A stretch of 64,000 nucleotides of DNA, taken from assembly GCA_965645245.1 (NCBI GenBank), contig OZ287072.1, positions 1,178,001 through 1,242,000 of the forward strand. Direction: 5' to 3'. The notes below the pieces were generated by a model, which saw only the letters and a program-made list of their open reading frames with translations, did no database searches and was not told the DNA's origin. This stretch comes from Massalongia carnosa. Taxonomy: Eukaryota. This document shows positions 51,881 to 64,000 of the stretch, one piece after another. How positions within the stretch are numbered: position 1 is the stretch's first letter; each line of letters opens with the position of its first letter. A program made the position numbers and the translations under genes.

Positions 51881-52617
51881 TCATGAGTTTGAAGGTACTA
51901 CGATTCCATAATTCTGCTTTATCCGTTCTCGCCGTCTCTCTTCGTAGCCGGGCCCATATATACCTGGATGACTTGTCATTATATGGCGCCTTGGTAATTC
52001 GGGACTTTTCTCCTACCTCTGCCTTCGCCAAGCTGATCCAAAGTCTCCTGTATGGGTCGTCTTCTGTTCTTCCTTAACTGTTCTTTGCGCTCATACTCGT
52101 CCACATTGGGATCTTTCTCATAACCACTCAGCATGCCACCCGTATAGTCAAAGACACCCTGCACGACTGCCAAGCCGGCCCCAATTCCCAGCACCGCAGG
52201 CATTCTTCGAACTGTGGAACCGTTAGACGCAATCATTCACGACAGGTGTTGAAGACCGACAGGTCACACCAAGCATTGCTCCACCGAAAAACCCTCCAAT
52301 AGCTGGGTTCCAGCTATCGTCTTTTTCTCGGAGATTGGCCGAAGCCACCCTAGTAAACTCAAAGGCTGCTCCCATCGCAGCTATATATCGTGTCAATATT
52401 TTGTTCCTCTCTTAAGGGCTCTTCCTCTAGGGATCGAACCAAACACTGCAACTGTTCCACCTGTACGCGTGAAAACGCCCCAAACCCCAATGTTCTGCTT
52501 CACAAGGGAGTTCTGTATGGCTGAGGCGAACAGTCCAGCCCCCCCGGTGATCATGGTGGCTCGGATGGTTTTGCTGATAGCATCTTGTGGCTCGTATACC
52601 TTTCCTTCGGGTGCCAT
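51881..52617 (-). CDS. NDUFA11: NADH:ubiquinone oxidoreductase 21.3 kDa subunit (NDUFA11, Tim17-like); 4 exons
   Basis: YEPQDAI..AIQNSL..GVFTRTGG, ASANLREKDDSWNPAIGGF, NRRRPIQETLDQLGEGRGIYGPGYEERRRERIK. Confidence 0.9.
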
Positions 52618-53405
52618 GATGAGGCTGAAAAGTGAAGATTCAGAGGTAGATTTCAACTCAATCGACAAGTGAGATTGATCGATGCCTGGCAGTTAAAAGC
52701 TGTAAGAATAGCGTGGAGGACGCTACCAAAGAGCTTCGCAAGGCAAGACAGGGATTAGTTTAGCGTTGCTCTGTGGGCCACATGTGGCTGAAACGGTGCT
52801 TTTCGGCCCGAGACGCCGGGGAGCCTGACGTGCATAAGTGTGTCCGTATTCGTAGTGCTGCTTCTGCTGGATGGAGTTTGGCAAACCAAAGAAATTTGAA
52901 GTCAGCTTCTGCTTGTGGAGTGCACGTTTGACAGCAGATGCAGTACGAAGTGATTGGTGTTTTATTTTTCTGTTTTTCTGTATGCGTTTTATAGATTGCA
53001 TATATTACGAAGCATATGGATTACTTTAATGGCCGGCGAGCGCCATAATGACAGCGTTATAGCGAGCGTGTTGGAACGACAGCGCCATACCAACAACGAC
53101 AGAGCTTTAAGGTCGTGCAGTTGTTTATGAGATTATACTCTCTTCTCGGCCCACTACATCACCACCCTACTGCAACCCGTCACCAACATGATTTAGCTCT
53201 CGCTCCTTCTATGTCATATTTGGGTTCCTTTGTCTGACAACCATCAGCCAGCTATAAGAAAACAAATTTTAACCAAAGCTGGAGATTAGGAGCTGGGTGC
53301 CGAGAGATTTTTGACAATATTAGTCTGCGAAGCTAGCAATCTGTCACCCCAATCACAAGCTACACTTTGATGGCTTTTACGACTGGTCGAATAAATCGAT
53401 AAAGC

Positions 53406-56400
53406 ATGGATGTTAAACTCAAAGGAGGTTGGTGAAACAGAGTCAAGTCCTTCAGCATTTGCTGATAACCATTTCGCAGGGAAGACTGCTCCGCGGCTTC
53501 TTCAGGACCTGATCGTTTATGATCCTCGCCGTCTCCCATCTACAGGTTTCAATATTCTAACAGACCTTCCGCTTCAGTATGAGGAGGGAAAAACCATGCC
53601 ATCTCAGGTGGCTAGGAATAGCTGTCGGCATGCTTGGACGTTGAAAACCGAGCAGAGCAATCTTGCCGAAGCAGGCGAAAAGCTGGACCCCTTATCTGTG
53701 TACCTTGTCGCGGCATTCTGTACAGAATGCCGCTCCCATTTGGAACTGGGCCTGGAGTTTAACAGGGAAGTGAATTGGCTGATGCCATGTCCGACCTCAG
53801 CTCGGCCTCTACACCATTTCATCTATCAACCAGAGGTATCCGAAGGCCGCGAGGCGGCCAAAAAGAACTCATATTCGGAAAAAGAGAATGAATGGGTGGA
53901 TACACGACGATTCCGATGCTCCTCGTCTAAGTGCTCTGGAGAGCTCTGGGTTCGCTTCAGACCACCAAGATTAAGGGCAGAATGGGTGTCTTTGTTGACA
54001 GATACAACCTTGATTAACCAACGGAGCACAAGAGTTATTGCAGAAGATCCTGAACGTTTCGAAGGCCATGCAATTCCACGGCCGACCGAAGTTCTTAATA
54101 TATTGCGTCAATATCTTATCAACGCCAAGGACAGAGGATTACGGAGACGAATACTCTGTAATAATAAGAAATGGCTGCTATGTCTGGGTGAACCATGCCT
54201 TGAACTCCTTCAGTATCTAGGTTTCTCAAAGGATGTACGCGTTTATCTTAGCCGTAAAGCGGAGAATGCTAACCTTTGGGTTTAGGGGGAAGACTGGGTG
54301 CCTCCAGATCCAGAAATGGCAGCAGCCATTCCATTACAAAATCCCCTGAACATTCTTTTAAACGACGTTGAGAAAGAACTACTGGTTCTTGGGTTCCAAC
54401 GACCAAGCTCTGAGAAACGCTCAGTAGGGACTTTTGACTTTGTTCCAATCTCAGCCATGAACGACATCATGAGAGTTTTAGGGTGTATAGAATGTACCAT
54501 AATTCCTGAAATCTACCTCTCAAAATATTATGAACTAATGGCGTGCAGACCAGCAGTCTCTCCCGCCACGAACCATCGACCTGACCCAAGAGGAGCACCC
54601 GTAAGAACATTCTGCAGAAGCTCCTAGGATTTGTTTATTACTAACCTCACTCCTCAGTTTTTATGCAGGCTTAGGCGCAACAGGTGACTTTCACGATGAC
54701 TTGATTAATTTTGCGTATCAATGTCAGATCGAGTCTGACACAACCAACACTCCTTATTACTTGGAGTGTCTGCAAGGAATAGGAGAAGGTCGGTCAAGCG
54801 AAACATTGCAAACCCTAGCAGCAATCGAGGCTTCGTCCGGAAAGATAAGTCTGAAGGATGTACGAGAAGCATGCAATGATTTTGGGATTGAGTTTATGTC
54901 GACTCATCTTGACGACGATACAATCATTGGCACCTTTCAATCAAGAGTTTCGGATGCGCCGAGACAAGAGCCTGAGTTACGCCGGGCACTAAAAGTCATT
55001 GGCCAGTATCGTTCAAGTGAGAAGATACAACAGATAGCGTCGAATAGTAGGTTCCTATCAAACCTATATCGAAAGGGGTTTGCGTTAATCTAAACGAGTG
55101 TGTGATCCTAGTCATTTCAAATTACGAGCAAGCCATAGCATGGCTAGGTGCCACCGAAAATATGGATGATTCTTTTATAGTGGCCCTGCATTGTAACAAG
55201 GTGAGTTGGTCCGTAGGTAGGAGAAAGTCTGATATCTATTTGAGTATGCAATGGCTGCACGAAAAAAACAACGAAATTACAGATTCCTGTACTTGGCTCA
55301 CTTCTTTCTTATTTAGGTCGCCGAAAACCCAGCAGATGAAGGGATAGCAACCCAAGCAGTGGCAATAATTGCGCGCCATCGCAGTAGCAGCGCACTCAAG
55401 GCTTGGCTTACAACAGGTGTTCTTGGTGAGGTAGAAATGGACGTAGACCAAGCGTACAATCGCCTTGAAATACCTGATCGGACCATTGACGATGAAACTA
55501 TCCTCACTGCGTATAATTATCATATCAGTGAGGCTCCATCTCAATCACAGGACCTAAGGAATGCTCTTACTGCAGTCGCAAAGTCAAGAAAATCCAATCT
55601 TCTCCTCGATTTTCTTCGTATCGGCATGACCGCACTGGAGCATTTGCCGTCGGAATGGCCGGTAGGGTTAGAGAATATCGGCAATACCTGCTACCTAAAC
55701 AGTCTGTTGCAATTCCTTTTCACTGTGAAGCCGCTCCGGGATCTTGTTTTAGACTTCGACCAGTACAAGATGGATGCTGGCGGCGAAGATCTCATTAATA
55801 AACAAGTTGGGTCCAGAAAGGTGTTCAAAAAAGAAGTTGAACGTGCTCAACGATGTGAGTGCAGCCTCAATCATTTGTTCTTCAGCTAATATTTAAAGTT
55901 GTATACGAGCTGCAAACGCTCTTCCGTAAAATGATTAGTTCTTGGAGGCCCGTGGTTACACCAGAACAAGAGCTTGCACGCCTGACCCTAATGAGCTCAA
56001 CCATAGAAGAACATATCCGTCGCAAGTCCATGCTTAGCGGTCATCGTCCTTCTTTAGGGGAAATAAACGGTCGCCCTGTCTTTGGCCCTCTACCTTTGTC
56101 TTCTGCTCATGCTGGTGAACCTGATGTTGAGCAGACAGGAGCTATGGGAACAAAGGCGACTGATGACGAGGGTACTAACGAGAATGATTTGGGTAGTTCC
56201 AGCGATGACACTTTGGTTGAGGGTTCTGCTGGTGGGGATAGTGATCTTCAGATGTTGGACCCCGATGCCAAAGAGCAGCAAAAGCCGGGCCAGGAGGATA
56301 AAGAAAATCTAGCGCCCAATAAAGTTGGGTCTCCACGATTGGGTACATCAGCTTCCCGAAAGAGCAAGAAAAAGCCACGCTTTCCTCCAGAAAAGGAAGA

Positions 56401-57772
56401 AAAGCAGAACCAGAAAGATGGTTCAGCGTTATCAAGTGCTCCACCTCCCAGCCGACCGCCACCGTTTCCACCTCGGCCCAAGGCTACATTAGACGAGGTT
56501 GAGATTGGTGCACAGCAGGATGTTACCGAGGTAATTGCCAACGTCCTCTTCCAGCTGCAATGCGCTATCAAGCCAGAGCGCATTGATGAATCTGGGGAGC
56601 AGATTGACCAAATTAAGCGGTTGTTTTTTGGAAAACAGAAATCTTATACAACTAATCAGCAGGGACTCACTCGGACTAAAGAAGACTTTATATCAGATAT
56701 CAAAGTTGATGTTGCATCTGGTTCTCGTGATATATACGCTGCTTTAGATGGAGCATATGACGTACAAGAAGTCGAAGTAGGAGGCACGCTTGAGCCTCAG
56801 TATACTACGATCAGCCAACTGCCACCCATTCTTCAAATTCATGTTCAAAGGGCGCAATTCAATCCAGAGATGAAAACGTCCTTCAAATCAAACAATCATC
56901 TTGAACTGAAAGAGACAATTTACATGGACAGATACATGGACACTGATGACCAGGATCTTATGGAGCGGCGGCGCGCATCCTGGGCATGGAAAAAAGAGGT
57001 ACTTCTCTTGGAAGCCCGCAAGCTAGACCTTTCAAAAACAGATGTAAGTGTCCTTGCTGTCAATCATGTTGTATTTCTGTTGATGACTGTAAAGTCAAAC
57101 ACGGACGTATGCGAACTCCTTGTTACTGCCACCAATTACTTACGTCAACTTGCTAAGGGTTCTGAGGATTCTCTTAATGTGTCTGAATCGTTGCCCCGGG
57201 AAATTGAAGCAGCCTTAAATGACATCCAGAAAGAATTAGAATGTAAGTTAACCAGTAGTGTTCTGTCTATCCTCACTGACATTATTATAGCTATCGAATT
57301 ACGGAGGAAGACTTTGATGACAAATATTCAAAGTCAGTTCAATGACCTGCGCAGAATACCTTATCGGCTACAGTCGGTTTTTATTCATCGAGGTTATGTC
57401 AATTCCGGTCATTACTGGATCTATATCTATGATTTCAAAATGAAAACTTGGCGTAAATACAACGATGGCTACGTTACAGAGATTAAAGACACCACCGAAA
57501 TATTCAAGCAAGACGATGGAAGTAGGGCGGCCACGCCTTATCTCGTTATCTACATCAAGGACGAAGAAAAGGACAGTCTCGTCGACTCGGTGTGCCGAGA
57601 TCTCGTCGATTCCATACAAGATCCGCCGGACTCCGAGATGAAAGATATCAACGATGAAGAGGAACCAGACCTTATTGAGCTAGAGTCTAATCCCTTTCAT
57701 ACCAACCGAACGACACTTGGCGTAAACTCGGGCTGGGATTCGGTTATAACTAAGAAGAGCAACGATTGGTGA
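53406..57772 (+). CDS. UBP2: Ubiquitin C-terminal hydrolase Ubp2-like (USP/C19); about 10 exons
   Basis: Cys box PVGLENIGNTCYLNSLLQ, QQDVTE, His box FIHRGYVNSGHYWIYIYD and WRKYND; N-terminal GKTAPRL. The first exon (MDVKLKG) is inferred. Confidence 0.92.
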
Positions 57773-58742
57773 GGAGTATGATCCATCAAGAATATCCTAC
57801 CCTCCGATCTTGAGTTGCTAATCGTCACCATGATGTATGTCTCTATTTCATATGAACTAGGACGTCTTGACTCTGCCTGTCGTCACCTTTAACATCTTAT
57901 AGTTTCTAAGCTGTGTGAACTCTTCATCCATGATATTGTTTTCTTGTCTTTACCGGATAGCCTAACTAATCCTTTTATCTTTCTACCAACCGGAAAGAGG
58001 TGAAGGAGTCTAGGGTGGAACGATGCAAAAGCTTGTAGCATTCAGTTTCAAGCGTTGTGTGCATAGGTACTTTAATATTGACCAACCGAAACCATCCTTG
58101 ATGTGCATCAAAACGGTGTTTCTGAGGCTCATGGGGTGCCCGGTCATCCAACACATGTATAGCGAAGGAAAGATTGCTTGTGGGATTCCTGTTGTTGAGA
58201 TCCTTGACTCGATCCATTCTACGAGTTCGAGCAGTCGCGAATAAAGGGGAAAGGACTAGAGGTTCAGCTTTAATGTTGTTTTGTCTGTGCCCGACTTTGT
58301 ATCCCATAGGGTAGCGCGTACGCGAACCTACAACGCCAAGACTATGTATTTGGGTCGTGGTAGTCCCCAGTTTCGTCGATCATGAAATTTGTGGCATTCT
58401 GTGCTGCTTGGTGACTTCAGGCTGTGCGTATCATACGGAGTATATGGACTGAGTACTGTTTCTTGGAGATTACGCCGAAGAGGTACAGTAATTGTGATTC
58501 TCATTGATATGCTTAAGATCAGGAAGCTGTTCAAACCGGCTGGGAAACTCCTTGGTGGTATACTGCTTCCCCCCCTTCCTCTTGGGTCTATAAAAACCGC
58601 CTGTCTCCAAATAAAATTGCTAACGTAAGCCATATCAACCCCCCTTTTTGAAAAATATGACATAAGCCCCATAACTCCCTTCTCCCTCCCTCTTCCCACC
58701 TCAGCAGCCAGAAGGCCCAAAAAACGTGAAAGCCACCTTTTG

Positions 58743-59739
<997 letters not shown>

Positions 59740-59994
59740 GAGCCAAAGGGTAAGGTTTTTCAGATGGTAGATGGCGGGTTGAAAGTGGAGGGTATCAGGA
59801 AGGGAATGGGAAAACTAACTAGTTAGTTAATGCTGGTCGTTAAATCCGAAAACCGCGATATTTGATTGGTTCAGAAAGGTTTGGCCCGCTAGTGTTTTCC
59901 ATCATTGCTCACGTCGCCATTTACAAGCTTATAAGGAATCTTTGATCAATCAACAACGATTCTCTACCTGAAACTTCCCCGTACAATCCTCACT

Positions 59995-60685
59995 ATGTTT
60001 CGAAGCTTGCTGATACAATCCGCTCGATGCGCTTCAACGGCGGCCCTGCGTCCATACCACTCCGCTTCACGAATTATCGCTCCTTGCCTCTTTGTCAACT
60101 CGAACAATCAATTTACACCGCCCCCAAAAATCCAGGCTCTAAGATGGTACTCGGCGCCGGCAGGACTCACACAGCAAGAGGCGGAAGGTAGGATAGTAGA
60201 TCTGCTGAAAAATTTTGATAAGGTAAATAGGAGCTCAGTTGAAAGCAAATATGGCTGCAATGCTGATCGAATCTTCCTAGGTCAAGGATCCTACAAAGGT
60301 ACTGCCTCCCGAGGACGCAGTTGATGCTGAAGCTTGGACTAAATTCTATGAAGATTTTGAGCACGTCACACTTCTCAAATGATCTAGGTCTAGATAGTTT
60401 GGACACGGTGGAGGTGGTCATGGCAATTGAAGAGGTACCATGCCACCAGTCTCGTTCTATCATTGTCCGCGCTGACTTGTGATTGCAGGAGTTTAGCATT
60501 GAAATTCCGGATAAGGAGGCGGACAAAATCCATAGCGGTAAGTTCTTTTCCACTCCGTCAGTTCGTGCAATCTAAGTCGGTTTTAGTTGGTCAGGCGGTT
60601 GAATACATACTTGCGCAACCTGATGGTATGTTGCAGTCATACGGCTCTTGGGGATATTCGCTAATGAATCATTGAAGCTCACTAA
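59995..60685 (+). CDS. ACP1: Mitochondrial acyl carrier protein (complex I subunit NDUFAB1); 6 exons
   Basis: Presequence, then [71 protein letters not shown]. Confidence 0.96.
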
Positions 60686-61175
60686 TGGCAAGGTAGAGAA
60701 GGAGGGAAGGGGGGCTTTCTGTAACCATAGTTCAACTTACGGGCTCAACTCGGTTTCGTAGAAAGGCATGATCCTAGTCATATCAGCTCTAGATATCTCA
60801 AAATACTAAAATTCTACTTCTTCAATTCTCTTCATCTTTTGCTGATGCCTATCTAAGCGACTCGCGCTGGCTCTAAAAGTAATGTCTCATGATTGGGGAA
60901 GATCCCAGGCAAGAACAGTCACGAACTTTTGCTACCTCCTGCGGAAGAACTACTGTTCTCCCCAAAGAATTATATACATATTGATCAACAACTCTATCAT
61001 CAGCTTCTGCAATATTCAGCCTCAAGGTCCAGTATGCAAAGGTTCTCACAAATACCACACACTTGACAAAAGGCAACGTTTTTACGCAATTTCATATTAA
61101 CGGCTAGCTAATGCTCCTACCTACACCCATTACGTACATACCACCTTACCACCTAGATTTTTACAACCGCCGAGA

Positions 61176-62488
61176 ATGGCTTCAGCCGGAGGCCTAACTC
61201 GACGTCGAGGGGGAGCCGGGACAAACTCGAGCATCGGTGACGATGACAACGAAGCTAGTCGAGTCAACTCGCCTGCGCCAAAGAGCGCTCCTGAAGGCCG
61301 AACCCCGGATACATCGTACACAGGTGGAGAAAACGGGCACAAGATTGCGTTTGATCCACGGGATATAAGTGAGAGCGAGGAAAGGAACAAGCAGCCGAAA
61401 TTGACGCTAATGGAAGAGGTCTTGCTATTGGGATTAAAGGACAAGCAGGTAGGACGGCGCACATGGCTATTCTTGATGCTATCCATGGCAAGGAGAGACT
61501 GACATATGGCGAGTGCAATTGTAGGGGTATCTTTCTTTCTGGAACGATAACATATCATACGCGCTACGAGGCTGCATTGTGATCGAGTTGGCCTTTAGAG
61601 GTCGCGTGAGTATGCAACGAGATTCCTCAAGACGACGTTTTCCCCTGGCAGACCGGGTCATTGAGGTTGTTGACGATACGTTAACGGGTGAAGTTCTCTT
61701 GGATGAGGCACTGAAGATGATGAAATCCAGTGAGAAAATGAGCGTTAGCTCATGGATAGATCTTATGAGTGGTATAGCTCTCTCCCCGAACCTGAGGGGA
61801 ACTTCATAAAGTGGTACAATGGGACGAGATGCTGATATAAGCCTCTAGGAGAAACATGGAATCTCATGAAAATCGGATACCAACTCAAACAAGTCCGCGA
61901 GCGTCTTGCCAAAGGTCTCGTAGACAAAGGGATCTTGCGCACCGAAAAGCGAAACTTCCTCCTCTTTGACATGGCCACGCATCCAGTCGCTGACGGCGGT
62001 GCCAAGGACGAAATTCGTCGCCGCGTCCGTAACGTTCTCACTAACCGTACCGTCGTCCTGCCCGCCTCGCAATTCCTACCCGAGGAAATGGAATTCCGCT
62101 ACGTGCGCACCATCGCGATGGTGTGCGCAGCGTACGCGGCCAACGTGCTTGAGAATGCGTTGGCGACGCTGGGACATGAGGCGCGGGAGAGGGCGTTCGC
62201 GCAGGTGGATGAGTTGTTGGCCGAGTATTCCCAGTGGCCGTTTGGGAAGCGGGTGGGGGGCGGGCAGGGGATTGGAGCGAATCTAGGGCAAGTAATTACG
62301 AATGAGGTGAATGGATCCAAGCATAAGGAGTTGCAGCTAGAGGTATGTTTTTTCTTTCGCCTTCCCCTGACGAGTCGTCTGTTTCAAGGGCTATCGCAAC
62401 AAAGCAATACTAACTCGGGCCCGACCAAAACCACCAGGTCGTAGCAGCGTGCTTAAGCGTCTTCACTAGACTCGACTCCCTCTTATAA
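61176..62488 (+). CDS. VPS74: Golgi phosphoprotein 3 / Vps74 (GPP34); 4 exons
   Basis: [71 protein letters not shown]; ends VFTRLDSLL*. Confidence 0.96.
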
Positions 62489-63801
62489 ACCCGACTTCTC
62501 TTGCATCCTATATCCCGTATTTATCTTGCCAGCTGCCAGGAAGTAGTTTTGTTTCTCGACCCTTTATTTAGCCTCTATCTGTTTCTGCAAACCTTTGTCC
62601 TATTTTCAGTAGTGAAGCCCAAAAGGGCCAGGGAATGGTAGAGCCGTGGAGGGGGTTTACGACTACAATGTTTCCAAAAAAAAAAAAACTCCAAAACTCC
62701 CAAACCTTCCTTCTATCCTCCTTTTCCAACCAAACGAACATAGTACCTAGAGCCATGCAGAGCGGGGATGTACTGTCATCTTCATTTACCTACCTACCCA
62801 CCTATAAACCTCGTTCTCCGCAACATTCCCCTGCCCTTTTATCAAGAGCTTTGGATTCTAAACCCAGGTATTGCAATCTCAGTTCTCCGGATCCTACTCG
62901 TCGCAAACAGAACCGAACTTGCGTTTATCCGTCTGCTTTTGTTTTTTTTTTAGCTTTACCGCTCCCAAAGGGGCATGGATGGGGGGAGGGAGTGGGGAGG
63001 GAATTGGGGGGGGGGGGGTTCTATTCGGTGGTTGTGGTGAGGAGGAGGGTGTTAGTTTTTCGTCTTCTCCTTCATTTCAACTCTTCGCCTCTACTCATAT
63101 ATTTCCCCCCCTCCTTCTCGACTTCCCAAGCACTTTCGCCGCCGCGTCATGCTATTCTCACGCAATGTATCGAACCCGCCAACCCCCCCGACCCAAAAAA
63201 AAAAAACCACCTTACTCATTTATGTACATACATCAAAAATCAAAACTCCCCGACCAAAAACCAATTTATACGAGAACACACCAGAGGGTAACAGACAGCT
63301 CCCTTTCCAAATCTTTCCCCCCTCCCCCCCCCCCTTTTTGTTTTAGGGGAACGGAATCCTGACTCGTGGAACCACAAACGAATTTGTTGGTTGATATGAT
63401 GCATCAGCCAACCACCAGTTTCGTTCCGGATCTTCCTTTTGCGCGCGCGCGCGCTCGCGAGCTCTCTCACTCTCCTCCTGTCTGTGAAAGGAACAGGGCA
63501 GAGCACAAGCCAGAAACGGAGGAAGACGAGAAAAGGAAGGGAAAAAAGACGATGATGCGTGGAAGAAGGATGTCCGATGATGAGCTTTGGCTTGGCTTGA
63601 CTGGACCGGTTTGAGTATCGCTTTTTCTTTGCTCTACTTTGTTTTTCGTCCTTTCTTTCTCTCTTTTCTTCTCCTTCTCTCCGTCCGTCCGATAGCATCC
63701 GTCCGTAAATAGCCTCTACCCACCTAAATAACCTCGGGATTTGGGGGAGGGGGGATAAGGGGAGGAAGGTAGGTGGTGGGTTATTAGTGAGCTTTGCGGG
63801 T

Positions 63802-63828
63802 GGGGACGGGGACGGGGACGGGGACGGG
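63802..63828. repeat. (GGGGAC)n repeat, G-quadruplex-compatible
   Basis: About 4.5 units with four G4 tracts seen directly. Confidence 0.8.
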
Positions 63829-64000
63829 AATTGGTTCTTGGAACGTTGGGAGCAAGAGGATTAAGCATGTGCTGAGTTGGGGGGAAAAACTACGTTGTTA
63901 AAAATTTGAACTCCAAACTTTTGGTTGGGATTAGGGTTTGAATTGCATGAACTCGTCTCTCTCGCTCCTGAATCACCGACATCACCGACCACGTTCGCGC

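Overview
This is eukaryotic DNA from a filamentous ascomycete (Pezizomycotina). Genes are split by short spliceosomal introns with CTRAY branch sites, so the ORF track fragments them. A lichen-forming or similar lineage is only a guess from sequence style. I reconstructed by hand about 21 conserved housekeeping genes: DUF3455 protein, pepsin-family protease, Mit1/CHD remodeller, Mrm1, NoxB, Ubc4, glutaryl-CoA dehydrogenase, FEN1, an SDR, histone H1, Mss4, a conserved hypothetical, an Rsa3-like protein, Hpc2, Rba50, TBCC, NDUFA11, Ubp2, NDUFS8, mitochondrial ACP and Vps74. There is also one candidate orphan secreted protein, two stop-riddled decayed-gene regions (about 7.3-10.2 kb and 41.5-42.9 kb) and several microsatellites. 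I saw no rRNA, tRNA, CRISPR array, intact transposon or biosynthetic cluster, and I cannot support a new multi-gene system. The most notable signals concern splicing and regulation. About 10 of 60 reconstructed introns use non-YAG acceptors. A 5-nt micro-exon behind a GAG acceptor encodes FEN1 Asp34. One intron needs a GC donor. Two histone H1 introns have an identical palindromic MCB-containing motif fused to their branch sites. Also notable are a leaderless protease with a hydrophobic tail, a heptad repeat in Mrm1, three complex I subunit genes within 9 kb, and a recurring C-rich to G-rich switch near gene 3' ends. Exon boundaries were inferred by eye, not from transcripts or database searches.
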